Below are positions 9,536-19,677 of a DNA stretch of 64,000 nt, piece by piece (within the stretch, counting starts at the first letter, position 1; the number at the start of each line of letters is the position of its first letter). The notes beneath the pieces are model-generated. The model was not told the DNA's origin, made no database searches, and was given only the letters and a program-made list of their open reading frames with translations. The DNA comes from Candidatus Enterousia sp. (lineage in GTDB: Bacteria; Pseudomonadota; Alphaproteobacteria; Rs-D84). Location: NCBI GenBank assembly GCA_045637165.1, contig JAZTYU010000008.1, positions 12,524 through 76,523 of the forward strand. The letters are read 5' to 3'. A program made the position numbers and the translations under genes.

Positions 9536-10681
9536 CTAACTCCCCTTTGCCGATAATTGTTGGTCCTTGTGAATATATGCGTTTTGACATAAACCAAATC
9601 CGAACATCAGTGATAACAGACTGCTGCCCCCAAAAGACATCAGTGGCAACGGCACACCTACGGTTGGTAATAATCCCAAAACCATAGAAATATTTATAAA
9701 GTAATAAACAAAAAAGTTCAACATAAAACCAAAACAAATCAGTTGTCCAAATCTGTTGCGACATAATTTTGCACACCAAAACAGCACAATTACAATCCAG
9801 GTATAAATCATCAACAGGCTAAAGGCACCGATAAAGCCAAATTCTTCACCCAGCATAGTAAAAATAAAATCGGTCTGTTTTTCTGGCAAAAAAGATTGTT
9901 GTGATTGCGACCCTTTCATATACCCCTTTCCTGTCATACCACCACTGCCAAATGCAATTTTTGCCTGATGAATTTGATATCCTGCCCCTTGCAAATCGCT
10001 GTTTGGATTAAACAGTGTGATAATGCGTCCACGTTGATAATCGTGCAATCCACCAAACCAAATTGCGGGTGCTGCCATCAGGCCTAATATTGCTGCGATA
10101 ATAAACCATTTTTTATTTGCACCAACGATATAGAACACACCAACTGTAATCATCCCTAGTGATAATGCAGTTCCTAAATCAGGCTGTGCCACAATCAAAC
10201 CAAACGGCACCAGCAGCATCATCCCCGGCACCAGATAGTTTTTGAATTGTCCCAGTTCCACAGAATTAAACCATGCAAAATATCGTGCCAACGCCAACAC
10301 TAATGCAATTTTAATCAGTTCTGATGGTTGAATATGAATAATCCCCAGATTTAACCAACGTTGTGCCCCCATACCTGTATGACCAACAAAAGTAACCAAA
10401 ACAATCATAACAAGGGCGATTGCATAAATCAGATAAGCCGACTTTACCCAGGTTTTAATATTTGTAAATGCTGCGAAAAAGAATACCCCAAACCCCAGTA
10501 TAATTTTCATCAATTGACTAAATGCAAAAGGTTTCCAATTACCACCACCTGCTGAATACAGCACAACGATTGATATCGTCAGCACCATACACATAGGCAC
10601 AAACAAACCCCACGAAAAACGCCCCAGTTTTTCTGGCAGTGTCATCATATTTGCATTTGAAACACGTGTTTGTTTTGCCAT
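9536..10681 (-). CDS. rodA: Peptidoglycan glycosyltransferase RodA (SEDS family)
   Basis: 381-aa polytopic membrane protein of the FtsW/RodA/SpoVE type, downstream of PBP2. Confidence 0.85.
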   Translation of the reverse strand: MAKQTRVSNANMMTLPEKLGRFSWGLFVPMCMVLTISIVVLYSAGGGNWKPFAFSQLMKIILGFGVFFFAAFTNIKTWVKSAYLIYAIALVMIVLVTFVGHTGMGAQRWLNLGIIHIQPSELIKIALVLALARYFAWFNSVELGQFKNYLVPGMMLLVPFGLIVAQPDLGTALSLGMITVGVFYIVGANKKWFIIAAILGLMAAPAIWFGGLHDYQRGRIITLFNPNSDLQGAGYQIHQAKIAFGSGGMTGKGYMKGSQSQQSFLPEKQTDFIFTMLGEEFGFIGAFSLLMIYTWIVIVLFWCAKLCRNRFGQLICFGFMLNFFVYYFINISMVLGLLPTVGVPLPLMSFGGSSLLSLMFGFGLCQNAYIHKDQQLSAKGS

Positions 10682-10685
10682 TTGA

Positions 10686-12458
10686 TTAAATTCCTTTTAA
10701 CAGTTCCTTCATCAATGCTGCTGCACTGCGTGCCGCTGGTCCACTGGACCCCGAGTGTTCTGTAACAACACAAACTGCATACTTTGGATTATCTGTTGGT
10801 GCGTATCCAACAAACAGTCCATGATTTCGCATACTCCACTTTAATTGTTCATTGGTCAGAACGCCGTTCATACGTTCTTTTTTTGAAATACTACGCACCT
10901 GTGAAGTCCCGGTTTTACCCCCCATACGCTTGCCTTTGACATTGATTGCACTGCCACTGGCGGTTCCACCTTTTTTCAGAACTTGTTCCAGTCCGTTCAT
11001 CACAAATTTGATATTTTTCTTTTGTAAACCCATTGTATCAAATTGTGGTTTTTTATCTGTTTTAATCAGTCGTGGCATAACCTTTTTATTAGAAGACGCA
11101 CGTGCCATCATTACTGCCAACTGTAAACAGTTTGCCAAAATAAAACCCTGACCAATCCCAGAAATAACAGTATCCCCGTGCACCCATCGTGTTCCGACCT
11201 GTTTTTCTTTCCAATATCTATCTGGCATAACACCTGCCATTTCACGTGCGATAACATCGTCCATAAATTTTTCTGTAAATCCCAGACGAATTGCCATTTC
11301 TTTGATTGCATCAATTCCGATACGCAATGCCACCTGATAGAAATAAATATCGCACGAATGTTTTAATGCCCCTGCCAGGTCAACCCATCCATGTCCTTTT
11401 TCTTCCCAACAGTGATATCTGCGGTCGCCATAGTCCCAATGTCCTGGACAGAAAATTTTTTCACGTTCTGTTATTGCACCTGCCTCTAACGCTGCTAACG
11501 CAACAACTATTTTGAATGTTGACCCTGGTGGATACAGTCCTTCGACCGCTTTGTTCATAAAAGGCTTTGCAATATCATCACGCAGGTTTTGAATATATTC
11601 ATCCCCGTCGTCTTCCCGGAACATATTTGGGTCAAAACTGGGGGTTGAAACCATTGCCAAAATATCGCCTGTTTCGATATCCAACGCCACGCCACAGCCT
11701 GAACGATGATTGGTCAATGCATCATAAAGAACACGTTGTGCATTATCATTGATTGTTGTCTGAACATCATTTCCAACAATTGGCGGAATAAATTGCGATT
11801 TATCCTCGCCAGTGATACGACCGACTGCATTTGTAATCATCACGGTCTGACCGGCATCACCCTTCATATTGTCGTTATAAATTTTTTCCAGTCCTGTGAT
11901 TCCAGTGGTTAAAAATGGTGCATTTGGCACAGGATTTTTAGGCTCGCCCACATAACCAAATATTTGTGCCCCAGCAGGTCCCAGTTCATAGATGCGTGCA
12001 TATCCGCTTTCTACGTGCAACCCAGGCAAATTTTTTGCCTGTAATTTTGCCAACTTTCCCCAGTCTGTATTTTCGCTAACCAAGACAGGTTGAAACTTTA
12101 ATTGTTTTTTTATTTTCTGTCTGATTTTATCGACTTTCTTTTGTTTCAGATTCAAATCGTTTTGGACAACTGCAATCAGTTCATCGATATCAATGGCTTC
12201 TTCTGGGATAATATAAATTCTGTAAATTGGTGCATCACGTGAAATAGGTATTCCGTTTCTGGACAGTATTTTACCACGTTCTGGCATATCAATTTGAATA
12301 CGGAACGAATTATTTTCGCTTTTCTTTTTATAGTCCTGATAACTAAACAGTTGCATTTGCAGCATACGCAAAACCAACGCAGACGTCAAAACAGCCCCTG
12401 CGGTTAAAAATAAAGCACTTCTACGGTCAAAGGTGCGTGAAACTTCTGTATCAATCAT
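10686..12458 (-). CDS. mrdA: Penicillin-binding protein 2 (elongasome transpeptidase)
   Basis: N-terminal TM segment; transpeptidase motifs STFK and KTGT; position between mreD and rodA. Confidence 0.9.
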   Translation of the reverse strand: MIDTEVSRTFDRRSALFLTAGAVLTSALVLRMLQMQLFSYQDYKKKSENNSFRIQIDMPERGKILSRNGIPISRDAPIYRIYIIPEEAIDIDELIAVVQNDLNLKQKKVDKIRQKIKKQLKFQPVLVSENTDWGKLAKLQAKNLPGLHVESGYARIYELGPAGAQIFGYVGEPKNPVPNAPFLTTGITGLEKIYNDNMKGDAGQTVMITNAVGRITGEDKSQFIPPIVGNDVQTTINDNAQRVLYDALTNHRSGCGVALDIETGDILAMVSTPSFDPNMFREDDGDEYIQNLRDDIAKPFMNKAVEGLYPPGSTFKIVVALAALEAGAITEREKIFCPGHWDYGDRRYHCWEEKGHGWVDLAGALKHSCDIYFYQVALRIGIDAIKEMAIRLGFTEKFMDDVIAREMAGVMPDRYWKEKQVGTRWVHGDTVISGIGQGFILANCLQLAVMMARASSNKKVMPRLIKTDKKPQFDTMGLQKKNIKFVMNGLEQVLKKGGTASGSAINVKGKRMGGKTGTSQVRSISKKERMNGVLTNEQLKWSMRNHGLFVGYAPTDNPKYAVCVVTEHSGSSGPAARSAAALMKELLKGI

Positions 12459-12907
12459 TTATGCACCTTTTTAATAAGCGTTGTAATTGGGATATACAAC
12501 AACGTTGTCCAAATGAAAATCCATAAACCCCACAGCAGGTTTAAAAACGTAAAATTCATTAAAACCTGAACCAGGACAGCACAGCCAAAGAACACCATGA
12601 ACGCCGCAATTGCATCTTTGTCCAGTCGTGTTAAATCAACCAAGGTTTGGAAACCGTTCAATGCACTGAACAAACAATATACAGCAATCCAAAAGCAAAC
12701 AGTTTCAAAATTGTAATCCAAACACAAACACATCAATACAGAAAAAATTGTGAACCATCTAACCGGCTGAACAAACGAGCAAAAGAAAATAGGAATTATT
12801 GCCAATATCCCTGCTGGATTCCAAAAAGGTGCTGACAATCGCCACAAAGCCACCGTTATCAAAAACGGGAAAGAAATCTGTAAAAAGTTTATAATTTTAC
12901 TTTTCAT
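12455..12907 (-). CDS. mreD: Rod shape-determining protein MreD
   Basis: 150-aa multi-TM protein. It overlaps the mreC stop and the mrdA start by 4 nt each, which is the canonical position. Confidence 0.6.
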   Translation of the reverse strand: MKSKIINFLQISFPFLITVALWRLSAPFWNPAGILAIIPIFFCSFVQPVRWFTIFSVLMCLCLDYNFETVCFWIAVYCLFSALNGFQTLVDLTRLDKDAIAAFMVFFGCAVLVQVLMNFTFLNLLWGLWIFIWTTLLYIPITTLIKKVHK

Positions 12908-13728
12908 CTGTATTCATTTTGTGGTGTATCAAATTTCAGTATTAAAACCCGTGATAATTTATCGTGTGCAACAACATCAACATCAACGCTGTCAATCATT
13001 TCACCAATAATCAAACCTGCTGGCAAAACCCCTGAAATATTACTAGAAACCAGTTTTATTCCCTTGGACGGTTGAAATTCTGGGTCGCTAAAAAATCCCA
13101 TTGTTGGATTTTTCGAACCATTTCCAGTCATAAAACCATAAACTTCGGACCCGACGACCCGAACAGCGATATTTGTATCTGCGTCTGTCAGCCCCCGCAC
13201 CCGTGCAAAGTTTTCAGCCACATCAATCACGATACCTGCTAAACGCATATCTGTTGTTGCGACCGCCATACCACTTTCCAGTCCGTCACGAATACCACGA
13301 TTTACAATAAAAGTATTATGCCCCAGGATGCTGTTATCGTGTATAACATCTGCGATAATTGTATCCCTTGGTTGTGCGTTTACGATATTTAATTCAGCGT
13401 TCAGTTTTTCGTTTTCTGCAATTGCGACATCGCATAAATTTTTATTTATTGTGGCGGCATCTAATTTTGCCCGCAATTCCTCATTTTCTGCCCGCAGGTT
13501 TGACAGTTCTGCGACATTATCGATTGTTCCACCGATAACCCGAACAGGCCATGTTATAATATCACCTACGACCTGTGCGACAGGCACGACGACATGTCCC
13601 AGTGCGTTCATTATTGCATAATCAGGTTTTGCAATCATAATATATATGAACAGCACGGGCAACACAGCTGCTGTTGCGACTGCCTTGGCCAGTGGGTATA
13701 ATTTGGAAGTGATATTATTTTTTTTCAT
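12904..13728 (-). CDS. mreC: Rod shape-determining protein MreC
   Basis: 274 aa with an N-terminal TM segment, a coiled coil (LRAENEELRAKL) and a beta-rich C-terminus. Confidence 0.8.
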   Translation of the reverse strand: MKKNNITSKLYPLAKAVATAAVLPVLFIYIMIAKPDYAIMNALGHVVVPVAQVVGDIITWPVRVIGGTIDNVAELSNLRAENEELRAKLDAATINKNLCDVAIAENEKLNAELNIVNAQPRDTIIADVIHDNSILGHNTFIVNRGIRDGLESGMAVATTDMRLAGIVIDVAENFARVRGLTDADTNIAVRVVGSEVYGFMTGNGSKNPTMGFFSDPEFQPSKGIKLVSSNISGVLPAGLIIGEMIDSVDVDVVAHDKLSRVLILKFDTPQNEYR

Positions 13729-13805
13729 CGGGCTTTACTTTAATCCTAAAAAGTCAGATATTCAATAAAAACTTGATTTTTGAAATAAATATGGCACAAT
13801 TGGCG

Positions 13806-13837
13806 TGGTCAAAGTGGCAGGCATTGCCACCAGACCA
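13806..13837 (+). promoter_or_regulatory. Two-tier hairpin in the rpmI-rplT 5' leader (possible L20 autoregulatory site)
   Basis: Outer stem TGGTC/GACCA and inner stem GTGGCA/TGCCAC with loop GGCAT, 30 nt upstream of the rpmI ATG. Confidence 0.3.
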
Positions 13838-13867
13838 AGAATTATCTAGAAAATAAAAGGATATAAA

Positions 13868-14071
13868 ATGCCAAAATTAAAGACAAAGTCGTACTTAAAG
13901 AAACGTGCGTCTATGACCGCAACCGGCAAAATCCGTGTTGCCCGCAACTCTCACAAGAAACTGTTGCGTAAAAAATCTGCCCGTGCGAACAAAGCGGGTG
14001 CAAAACCACAGTATCTGAATGAAAATATGGTTGGACAGGCAAAAATCCTGGCTCCATATGGGTTGAAATAA
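13868..14071 (+). CDS. rpmI: 50S ribosomal protein L35
   Basis: MPKLKTKS... basic 67-aa protein. Confidence 0.9.
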   Translation: MPKLKTKSYLKKRASMTATGKIRVARNSHKKLLRKKSARANKAGAKPQYLNENMVGQAKILAPYGLK

Positions 14072-14089
14072 GCAAGGGGGTAACAGGTC

Positions 14090-14458
14090 ATGGCAAGAGT
14101 AAAACGTGGAACAACCGTAAAACAAAAGCACAATAAAATATTGGCACGTGCCAAGGGTTATTTGGGTCGTCATCATTCGACATACCGTGCGGCCCGTGAA
14201 AAGACAGAAAAGGCAGGACAGTATGCATACCGTGATCGTCGCGTTAAAAAGCGTGAATTTCGTGGTTTGTGGATTGTTCGTATCAACGCCGCTGTCCGTG
14301 CGAATGGTATGACTTACAGCCAGTTTATGAACGGCTTGAAAAAGGCTGGTGTTGCTTTGGATCGTAAAGTATTGGCAGAAATGGCCTATGCTGGTGATGC
14401 AAACTTCACAAAATTGGTTGACACAGCGAAACGATTTATCAACGCCGGTGAAAAATAA
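14090..14458 (+). CDS. rplT: 50S ribosomal protein L20
   Basis: [18 protein letters not shown]... typical bL20 N-terminus. Confidence 0.95.
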   Translation: MARVKRGTTVKQKHNKILARAKGYLGRHHSTYRAAREKTEKAGQYAYRDRRVKKREFRGLWIVRINAAVRANGMTYSQFMNGLKKAGVALDRKVLAEMAYAGDANFTKLVDTAKRFINAGEK

Positions 14459-14492
14459 TACCTTGTCGGCGGGGTATCTGTTTTGTAATAAT

Positions 14493-14517
14493 AAAGCCGT
14501 CGTTTGACGGCTTTTTA
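14493..14517 (+). terminator. Rho-independent terminator/attenuator after rplT
   Basis: AAGCCGTC-GTTT-GACGGCTT followed by TTT. Confidence 0.55.
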
Positions 14518-14537
14518 ATTTTGATTGGGGTAAAGTT

Positions 14538-15485
14538 ATGCACGAACAAATAAAGAACATAAATACACTAGAAGAATTACAATCGCTGTATTCTGCAACA
14601 TTTGGAAAAAATGGCACGATGACAATGCGATTAAAAGAAATGAAGAATTTGGACAATGATGCCCGTGCGGCATTAAATCGTGAAAACACAGCGTTGCGTG
14701 AATTGTTCAAAACACGTCAAAGTGAAATTGAAAATGCGGTCTTGATGGCAGGACTGCAAAAGCAACGTCTGGATATGTCGTTAAATTCATTGCCTGAAAA
14801 CACTGGGACAATTCACCCACTGACGCAAAGTCTGTCTGAAATCGCAGATATCTTAGAATCATTTGGTTATAAAATGTTTACCGGTCCAGAAATCGAAGAC
14901 GACTGGCATAATTTTACAGCATTGAATACACCGTTGCATCACCCTGCCCGTGATATGCAGGATAGTTTCTTTTTGGAAAACGGAAATGTTTTACGCACCC
15001 AGACATCTGCGATACAAATTCGTGCAATGGAATCAGACGGTGTTCCAATCAAGATGTTTGGTGTTGGTTCAACATACCGCAAAGAATGGGACGCAACCCA
15101 TGGCCCAATGTTTGGTCAAATCGAAGGTTTATATGTTGATAAAAATATAACTATGTCTGATTTGTTGGCAGATGTTCGTGCATTTTTATCACGCTTTTTT
15201 GGAATTGAAAATGTTGAATTGCGTATTCGACCATCATTTTTTCCTTTCACAGATCCGTCTATTGAAATTGATATGAAATGGCGTGGTGATAAATGGCTGG
15301 AATTGATGGGTGCAGGTATGGTTCACCCGAACGTGTTGCGTAATTGTGGCATTGACCCCGATGAATACCAAGGTTTTGCCTTTGGTTTTGGTTGGGACCG
15401 TCTTGCGATGTTGAAATACAATTTACCAGACTTGCGTGATTTGTATAACAATGACGTTCGTTGGTTAAAATCGGCTGGCTTTTAA
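14538..15485 (+). CDS. pheS: Phenylalanine-tRNA ligase alpha subunit
   Basis: Class II aaRS motifs (HPARDMQDSFF, FRPSFFPFTDPS, GFAFGFGWDRLAM). Confidence 0.9.
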   Translation: MHEQIKNINTLEELQSLYSATFGKNGTMTMRLKEMKNLDNDARAALNRENTALRELFKTRQSEIENAVLMAGLQKQRLDMSLNSLPENTGTIHPLTQSLSEIADILESFGYKMFTGPEIEDDWHNFTALNTPLHHPARDMQDSFFLENGNVLRTQTSAIQIRAMESDGVPIKMFGVGSTYRKEWDATHGPMFGQIEGLYVDKNITMSDLLADVRAFLSRFFGIENVELRIRPSFFPFTDPSIEIDMKWRGDKWLELMGAGMVHPNVLRNCGIDPDEYQGFAFGFGWDRLAMLKYNLPDLRDLYNNDVRWLKSAGF

Positions 15486-15500
15486 TACGGGGGTATAATT

Positions 15501-17807
15501 ATGAAATGGACTTATGATTGGCTGACAGAATATTTAGAAACGACTGCATCTGCAAAAGATGTTGCTGACACGCTTACCCGTATTGGTCTGGAAATAGAAG
15601 ACGTTCAATCTCCTGTTTCACCGATTGCTGCCCGCATTGTTGAATGCAAGGCTCACGAAAACAGCGACCACCTGCACGTTTTAATGGTTGATGATGGAAC
15701 TGATACACTTCGTCAAGTTGTATGTGGTGCACCGAACGCCCGTGTTGGTTTGGTATCTGCCTTGGCGGTGCCTGGTTGTGTGATTGGCGGACACGAAATA
15801 ACATCTGGCAAATTGCGTGGTGTTATATCAAATGGGATGATGTGTTCTGCACTGGAACTGGGAATTGGCGACGACCACAGTGGAATAATCGAATTACCAT
15901 CTGATACAGAAATTGGTTCCGCTGTTCTGGAAACAAAAACAGTATTTGACGCAGGAATTACACCGAACAGACCTGATTATTTATCCGTTCGTGGTATTGC
16001 CCGTGATTTATCAGCGGCAGGTCTTGGGAAATATATTGCACCAACTGACAGTGAGTTTGAAATCATTTCTGGCAATCGTCGGGTTATTTTACAAACAGAT
16101 AAATGTCGTGCTTATAAAATGATAGAAATCCACGATATAACTGTGAATCAAAGCGACAAGAAAATTTCATCACGTCTGGCTGCGATTGGAATCAATCCAA
16201 AGAACGCCCCTGTTGATGCGACTAATTATATCTGTTATGACATGGCACAACCGATGCATTGCTTTGACGCAGACGAAATCCACGGCGATATAGTTGTTCG
16301 TCAGGCGACCAGTGGCGAAAAATTCACAGACTTGTTTGGCAACGAACACCAATTACAAGAAACAGATATGGTAATTGCCGACAACGATGGAATCTTGGCA
16401 CTGGCAGGTGTAATTGGCGGTGCACGTGGTGCAACAACAGAAAACACTAAAAACATAATTTTGGAATCGGCATATTTTGATTCAGTTTCTGTCCGCAAGA
16501 CTGCAAAACGTCTGGGAATTTCCACGGACGCATCATACCGCTATGAACGTGGCATAGACCCAACAATAACAGGTCCTGCTGCAATGTATGCTGCCAAAAT
16601 TATTATGTCATCTTGTGGTGGTAAAATTGTTGGCACATTTGCTGCTGGCGATGATTCTGCACCAAATAAACAAATAAAATATAATCCAAATTATTTTTAT
16701 AAAAAGACAGGATTTGACATCGCCCAAGATATCCAGCGTGATATTCTGGTTACACTGGGGTATGGTGTTGATTATTCAAATTCATCACAATGGATTTTGA
16801 CTGTCCCATCATTCCGTGTTGATGTTGAAATCCCTGAAACAGTTGTGGCAGATTTATTGCGTATTTACGGCTATGACAAGATTGCCCAGTCAACCAATCA
16901 CACGCATGGCGAAGTCTGCCATCACGATAACCACGAAATGAACATCAAAAGATTATTGTCATCACGTGGATTGAATGAATGTCGTTCATTTGGATTTGGC
17001 AATATGTCAACAGAACAGTTATTGTCTGACAAACCAAATATTAAAATATCAAATCCGATTACTTCGGACTATGACACCATGCGAAATGGTTTGATGTTTG
17101 GCTTATTACAGGCGGTATCAAATAATGAAAAACGTGGATTTGCTGATTTGAATTTATTTGAATTGGGGACAGTATTTGATGGTGATGCACCAGGCCAGCA
17201 ACATACATCTGTCTGCATTGTTCGCACAGGTGTCATTTCGCCAAAGCATTGGACAGGCCGTAATCGTGATGTAGATGTATATGATGTAAAATCAGACCTT
17301 ATTGCATTATTACAAGGCCAGCGTTTTACAATCTCGACAGAGGACGCACCACATTGGGCACACCCATACCGCTATGCAGCGATTATGCAAGGTAAAAAGA
17401 AACTGGCTGAATTTGGCGAATTACACCCATCTGTTGCAAAACAGTTGCGTATAAAAACACGTGTTGTTATTGCAAACGTTGATGATATAAAGAATATCCC
17501 TGCAAAGCGTGGTGGCAAACAACCATCGTTGTCAGATTTTCAGCCAATCACCCGTGATTTTGCATTTATTGTTGAAGTTGACACGCCTGCTGAAAAGCTG
17601 ACCAGTGTTGCCCGTTCTGTGGATTCACGAATAACAGACATTGTTGTTTTTGATGCATTTGACATGAAAGACGGCAATAAGTCGATAGCATTCACGATAA
17701 CATACCAGCCAACAGAAAACGTATCGGAAAGTGATTTGCAAAAATTGCAAACATCGATAATAGAAACTGTTGAAAAAAAGTGTAATGCCCGAATTCGTGA
17801 CAAATAA
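15501..17807 (+). CDS. pheT: Phenylalanine-tRNA ligase beta subunit
   Basis: 768 aa with an N-terminal tRNA-binding (OB) domain, B3/4 and B5 regions, directly after pheS. Confidence 0.9.
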   Translation: MKWTYDWLTEYLETTASAKDVADTLTRIGLEIEDVQSPVSPIAARIVECKAHENSDHLHVLMVDDGTDTLRQVVCGAPNARVGLVSALAVPGCVIGGHEITSGKLRGVISNGMMCSALELGIGDDHSGIIELPSDTEIGSAVLETKTVFDAGITPNRPDYLSVRGIARDLSAAGLGKYIAPTDSEFEIISGNRRVILQTDKCRAYKMIEIHDITVNQSDKKISSRLAAIGINPKNAPVDATNYICYDMAQPMHCFDADEIHGDIVVRQATSGEKFTDLFGNEHQLQETDMVIADNDGILALAGVIGGARGATTENTKNIILESAYFDSVSVRKTAKRLGISTDASYRYERGIDPTITGPAAMYAAKIIMSSCGGKIVGTFAAGDDSAPNKQIKYNPNYFYKKTGFDIAQDIQRDILVTLGYGVDYSNSSQWILTVPSFRVDVEIPETVVADLLRIYGYDKIAQSTNHTHGEVCHHDNHEMNIKRLLSSRGLNECRSFGFGNMSTEQLLSDKPNIKISNPITSDYDTMRNGLMFGLLQAVSNNEKRGFADLNLFELGTVFDGDAPGQQHTSVCIVRTGVISPKHWTGRNRDVDVYDVKSDLIALLQGQRFTISTEDAPHWAHPYRYAAIMQGKKKLAEFGELHPSVAKQLRIKTRVVIANVDDIKNIPAKRGGKQPSLSDFQPITRDFAFIVEVDTPAEKLTSVARSVDSRITDIVVFDAFDMKDGNKSIAFTITYQPTENVSESDLQKLQTSIIETVEKKCNARIRDK

Positions 17808-17832
17808 AAAATCCCCAAACGGGGATTTTTTT
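17806..17832 (+). terminator. Rho-independent terminator after pheT
   Basis: AAAAATCCCC-AAAC-GGGGATTTTT hairpin with a T-run. Confidence 0.65.
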
Positions 17833-17837
17833 ATTTC

Positions 17838-17913
17838 TGGTGCCGGTGATAGGACTTGAACCTACGACCCCCTCATTACGAATGAGATGCTCTACCAACT
17901 GAGCTACACCGGC
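17838..17913 (-). tRNA. tRNA-Thr (anticodon CGU), CCA encoded
   Basis: The reverse complement GCCGGTGTAGCTCAGTTGGTAGAGCATCTCATTCGTAATGAGGGGGTCGTAGGTTCAAGTCCTATCACCGGCACCA folds as a cloverleaf with a 7-bp acceptor stem, anticodon loop TTCGTAA and a GTTCAAGT T-loop. Confidence 0.85.
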
Positions 17914-17981
17914 GAACGAAGAAAACTATAATGTATTCTAAAAATAAATTCCAGTGTTTTTTATTTTGAAAAAAATATATA

Positions 17982-18005
17982 TAAAAAAACCGGTGTTTAC
18001 CGGTA
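17982..18005 (-). terminator. Terminator after mnmG (CCGG-core family)
   Basis: ACCGGT-GTTT-ACCGGT hairpin (17988-18003). It is flanked by A7 on the plus strand, which reads as a T-run on the minus strand. Confidence 0.55.
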
Positions 18006-18009
18006 ATTT

Positions 18010-19677
18010 TTATGCTTTTAATTTTCGCATTACAACCATAATACCTGCCGGTGTCATACCTGGTATTCTTGACAAGTCTGCGACATTTTCTGGTCTTGTT
18101 GCATTTAACTTTTCGACCAGTTCATTGGTCAGTCCTGGCAAACCGTCATAGACAAAATTCAACGGTATTTTCATTTCTGCATCACGTTTATATGCAGCAA
18201 TTTCACGTTCATTTCGTGCAATATATCCTGCATACATTTTGTCATTTTCTGCAACTATTTTTCCGACCTGATTCATTCTGGAATCGAATTCCGCACATGT
18301 CATCATACCGTATTCGCACGCCATAGTCCCCAGACGTTTTATCGCATTATCTGCCCGCAAGTGTAATCTGTATTCTGCACGTGATGTAAACATACGATAT
18401 GGTTCATCGACCCCCAGGGTTGTGATATCATCAATCATTACACCAATCATTGCGTTTGTTCTGTCCAGTTCCAGATATTTTTTACCCAACGCAAAGGCGG
18501 CCGCATTTATCCCCGCAACCAAGCCCTGTGCAGCGGCTTCTTCATACCCAGATGTTCCATTGATTTGTCCAGCAAAGAACAATCCATTATAATCTTTGGA
18601 TTGCAGTTTTGCATTTAATGCCCGTGCATCAATTGCATCATATTCGATTGCATATCCATATCGAATAATTTCAGCATTTTCCAGACCTGGAATTGTCCGA
18701 ATCCATTTGTCTTGAACGTCTTTGCCAAAACTGGTCGAAATTCCATTAGGATAAATCAGTTCGCTGTTATAACCTTCTGGCTCTAAAAATACATGATGCG
18801 TTTTATGTTCTGGGAAACGCATAACCTTGTCTTCCAGGCTTGGGCAATAACGTGGACCAGTTCCAGTTATATCGCCGTTATACATTGGTGCATCAGAAAT
18901 ATTTTGACGAATAATATCATGTGTTTCTTCATTGGTATGTGTAATAAAGCAAACGTTTTCTTTATCTGTATTTCTGTAAGCTTTGTTTTTTACATCCAAC
19001 GAAAACCAGTCGTGTGGATTATCCCCTGGTTGCACCTCGCAAATATCCAGGTTTATCGAAGACCGCAAAATTCGTGCAGGTGTTCCTGTTTTTAATCGCA
19101 GAATTTTAAATCCTAAACTTTGCAAGAACTGTGATGTTTTTGAATCATTTTCTTGGTATGTCCCGTCATCTTGCAATCGGCCTGATGGAATTTTTTCACC
19201 ACCACGTGTAACCACGCCGCCCAAGAAAGTTCCTGTTGTAAACACGATTGCATTTGCAAAGTATTTATCGTTTATTGATTTTTCAATTGCGTTTATACTT
19301 TCAACTTTTTCGAAAATAACCCGAACACCACTTTCGTTCAGAATATCAACAATTGCATTGTGATACATATCCCTGTCAATTTGTGCACGCAACGCCTGGG
19401 TTGCAGGTCCATGTGTTGCATTTAATGTTCGCCAGTGAATACCTGCCCTGTCTGCGGCCCGTGGCATTACACCACCAAAGACATCTATTTCTGCAATCAT
19501 CTGTGATTTGCCGGGTCCCCCAATACTAGGGTTGCATGACAACGCCCCCAAATCTGAATCTGCCAGCGTAATCAGTGCAACATTTGCACCATAATGCTTG
19601 GCTGCAACAGCAGCCTCGACCCCGGCATGTCCACCACCAATAACGATAACATCAAAGTGTTCTGATTTTTGCACCAT
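18010..19677 (-). CDS. mnmG: tRNA uridine 5-carboxymethylaminomethyl modification enzyme MnmG (GidA)
   Basis: FDVIVIGGGHAGVEAA FAD motif and typical C-terminus ...RIPGMTPAGIMVVM. 555 aa, somewhat shorter than the ~620 aa usual for this family. Confidence 0.85.
   Translation of the reverse strand: MVQKSEHFDVIVIGGGHAGVEAAVAAKHYGANVALITLADSDLGALSCNPSIGGPGKSQMIAEIDVFGGVMPRAADRAGIHWRTLNATHGPATQALRAQIDRDMYHNAIVDILNESGVRVIFEKVESINAIEKSINDKYFANAIVFTTGTFLGGVVTRGGEKIPSGRLQDDGTYQENDSKTSQFLQSLGFKILRLKTGTPARILRSSINLDICEVQPGDNPHDWFSLDVKNKAYRNTDKENVCFITHTNEETHDIIRQNISDAPMYNGDITGTGPRYCPSLEDKVMRFPEHKTHHVFLEPEGYNSELIYPNGISTSFGKDVQDKWIRTIPGLENAEIIRYGYAIEYDAIDARALNAKLQSKDYNGLFFAGQINGTSGYEEAAAQGLVAGINAAAFALGKKYLELDRTNAMIGVMIDDITTLGVDEPYRMFTSRAEYRLHLRADNAIKRLGTMACEYGMMTCAEFDSRMNQVGKIVAENDKMYAGYIARNEREIAAYKRDAEMKIPLNFVYDGLPGLTNELVEKLNATRPENVADLSRIPGMTPAGIMVVMRKLKA

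Noticed and set aside
9532-9597. 22-codon N-terminal extension of topA (and similar extensions of accC, der, recF, rsmG, truB, tolC, the TPR gene and the ABC permease in the track)
   Set aside because: Conserved family N-termini begin at internal ATGs with better RBS context. The extensions overlap upstream genes or terminators.
13895-14710. 271-aa minus-strand ORF
   Set aside because: It runs antisense across rpmI, rplT and the pheS start, all of which are unmistakable. It is a shadow ORF.
18010-19677. MnmG being about 65 aa shorter than typical, flagged as a possible pseudogene
   Set aside because: The frame is intact and both the N-terminal FAD motif and the characteristic C-terminal motif are present. 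The shortening is most simply explained by internal trimming in a reduced genome. This cannot be judged without an alignment.
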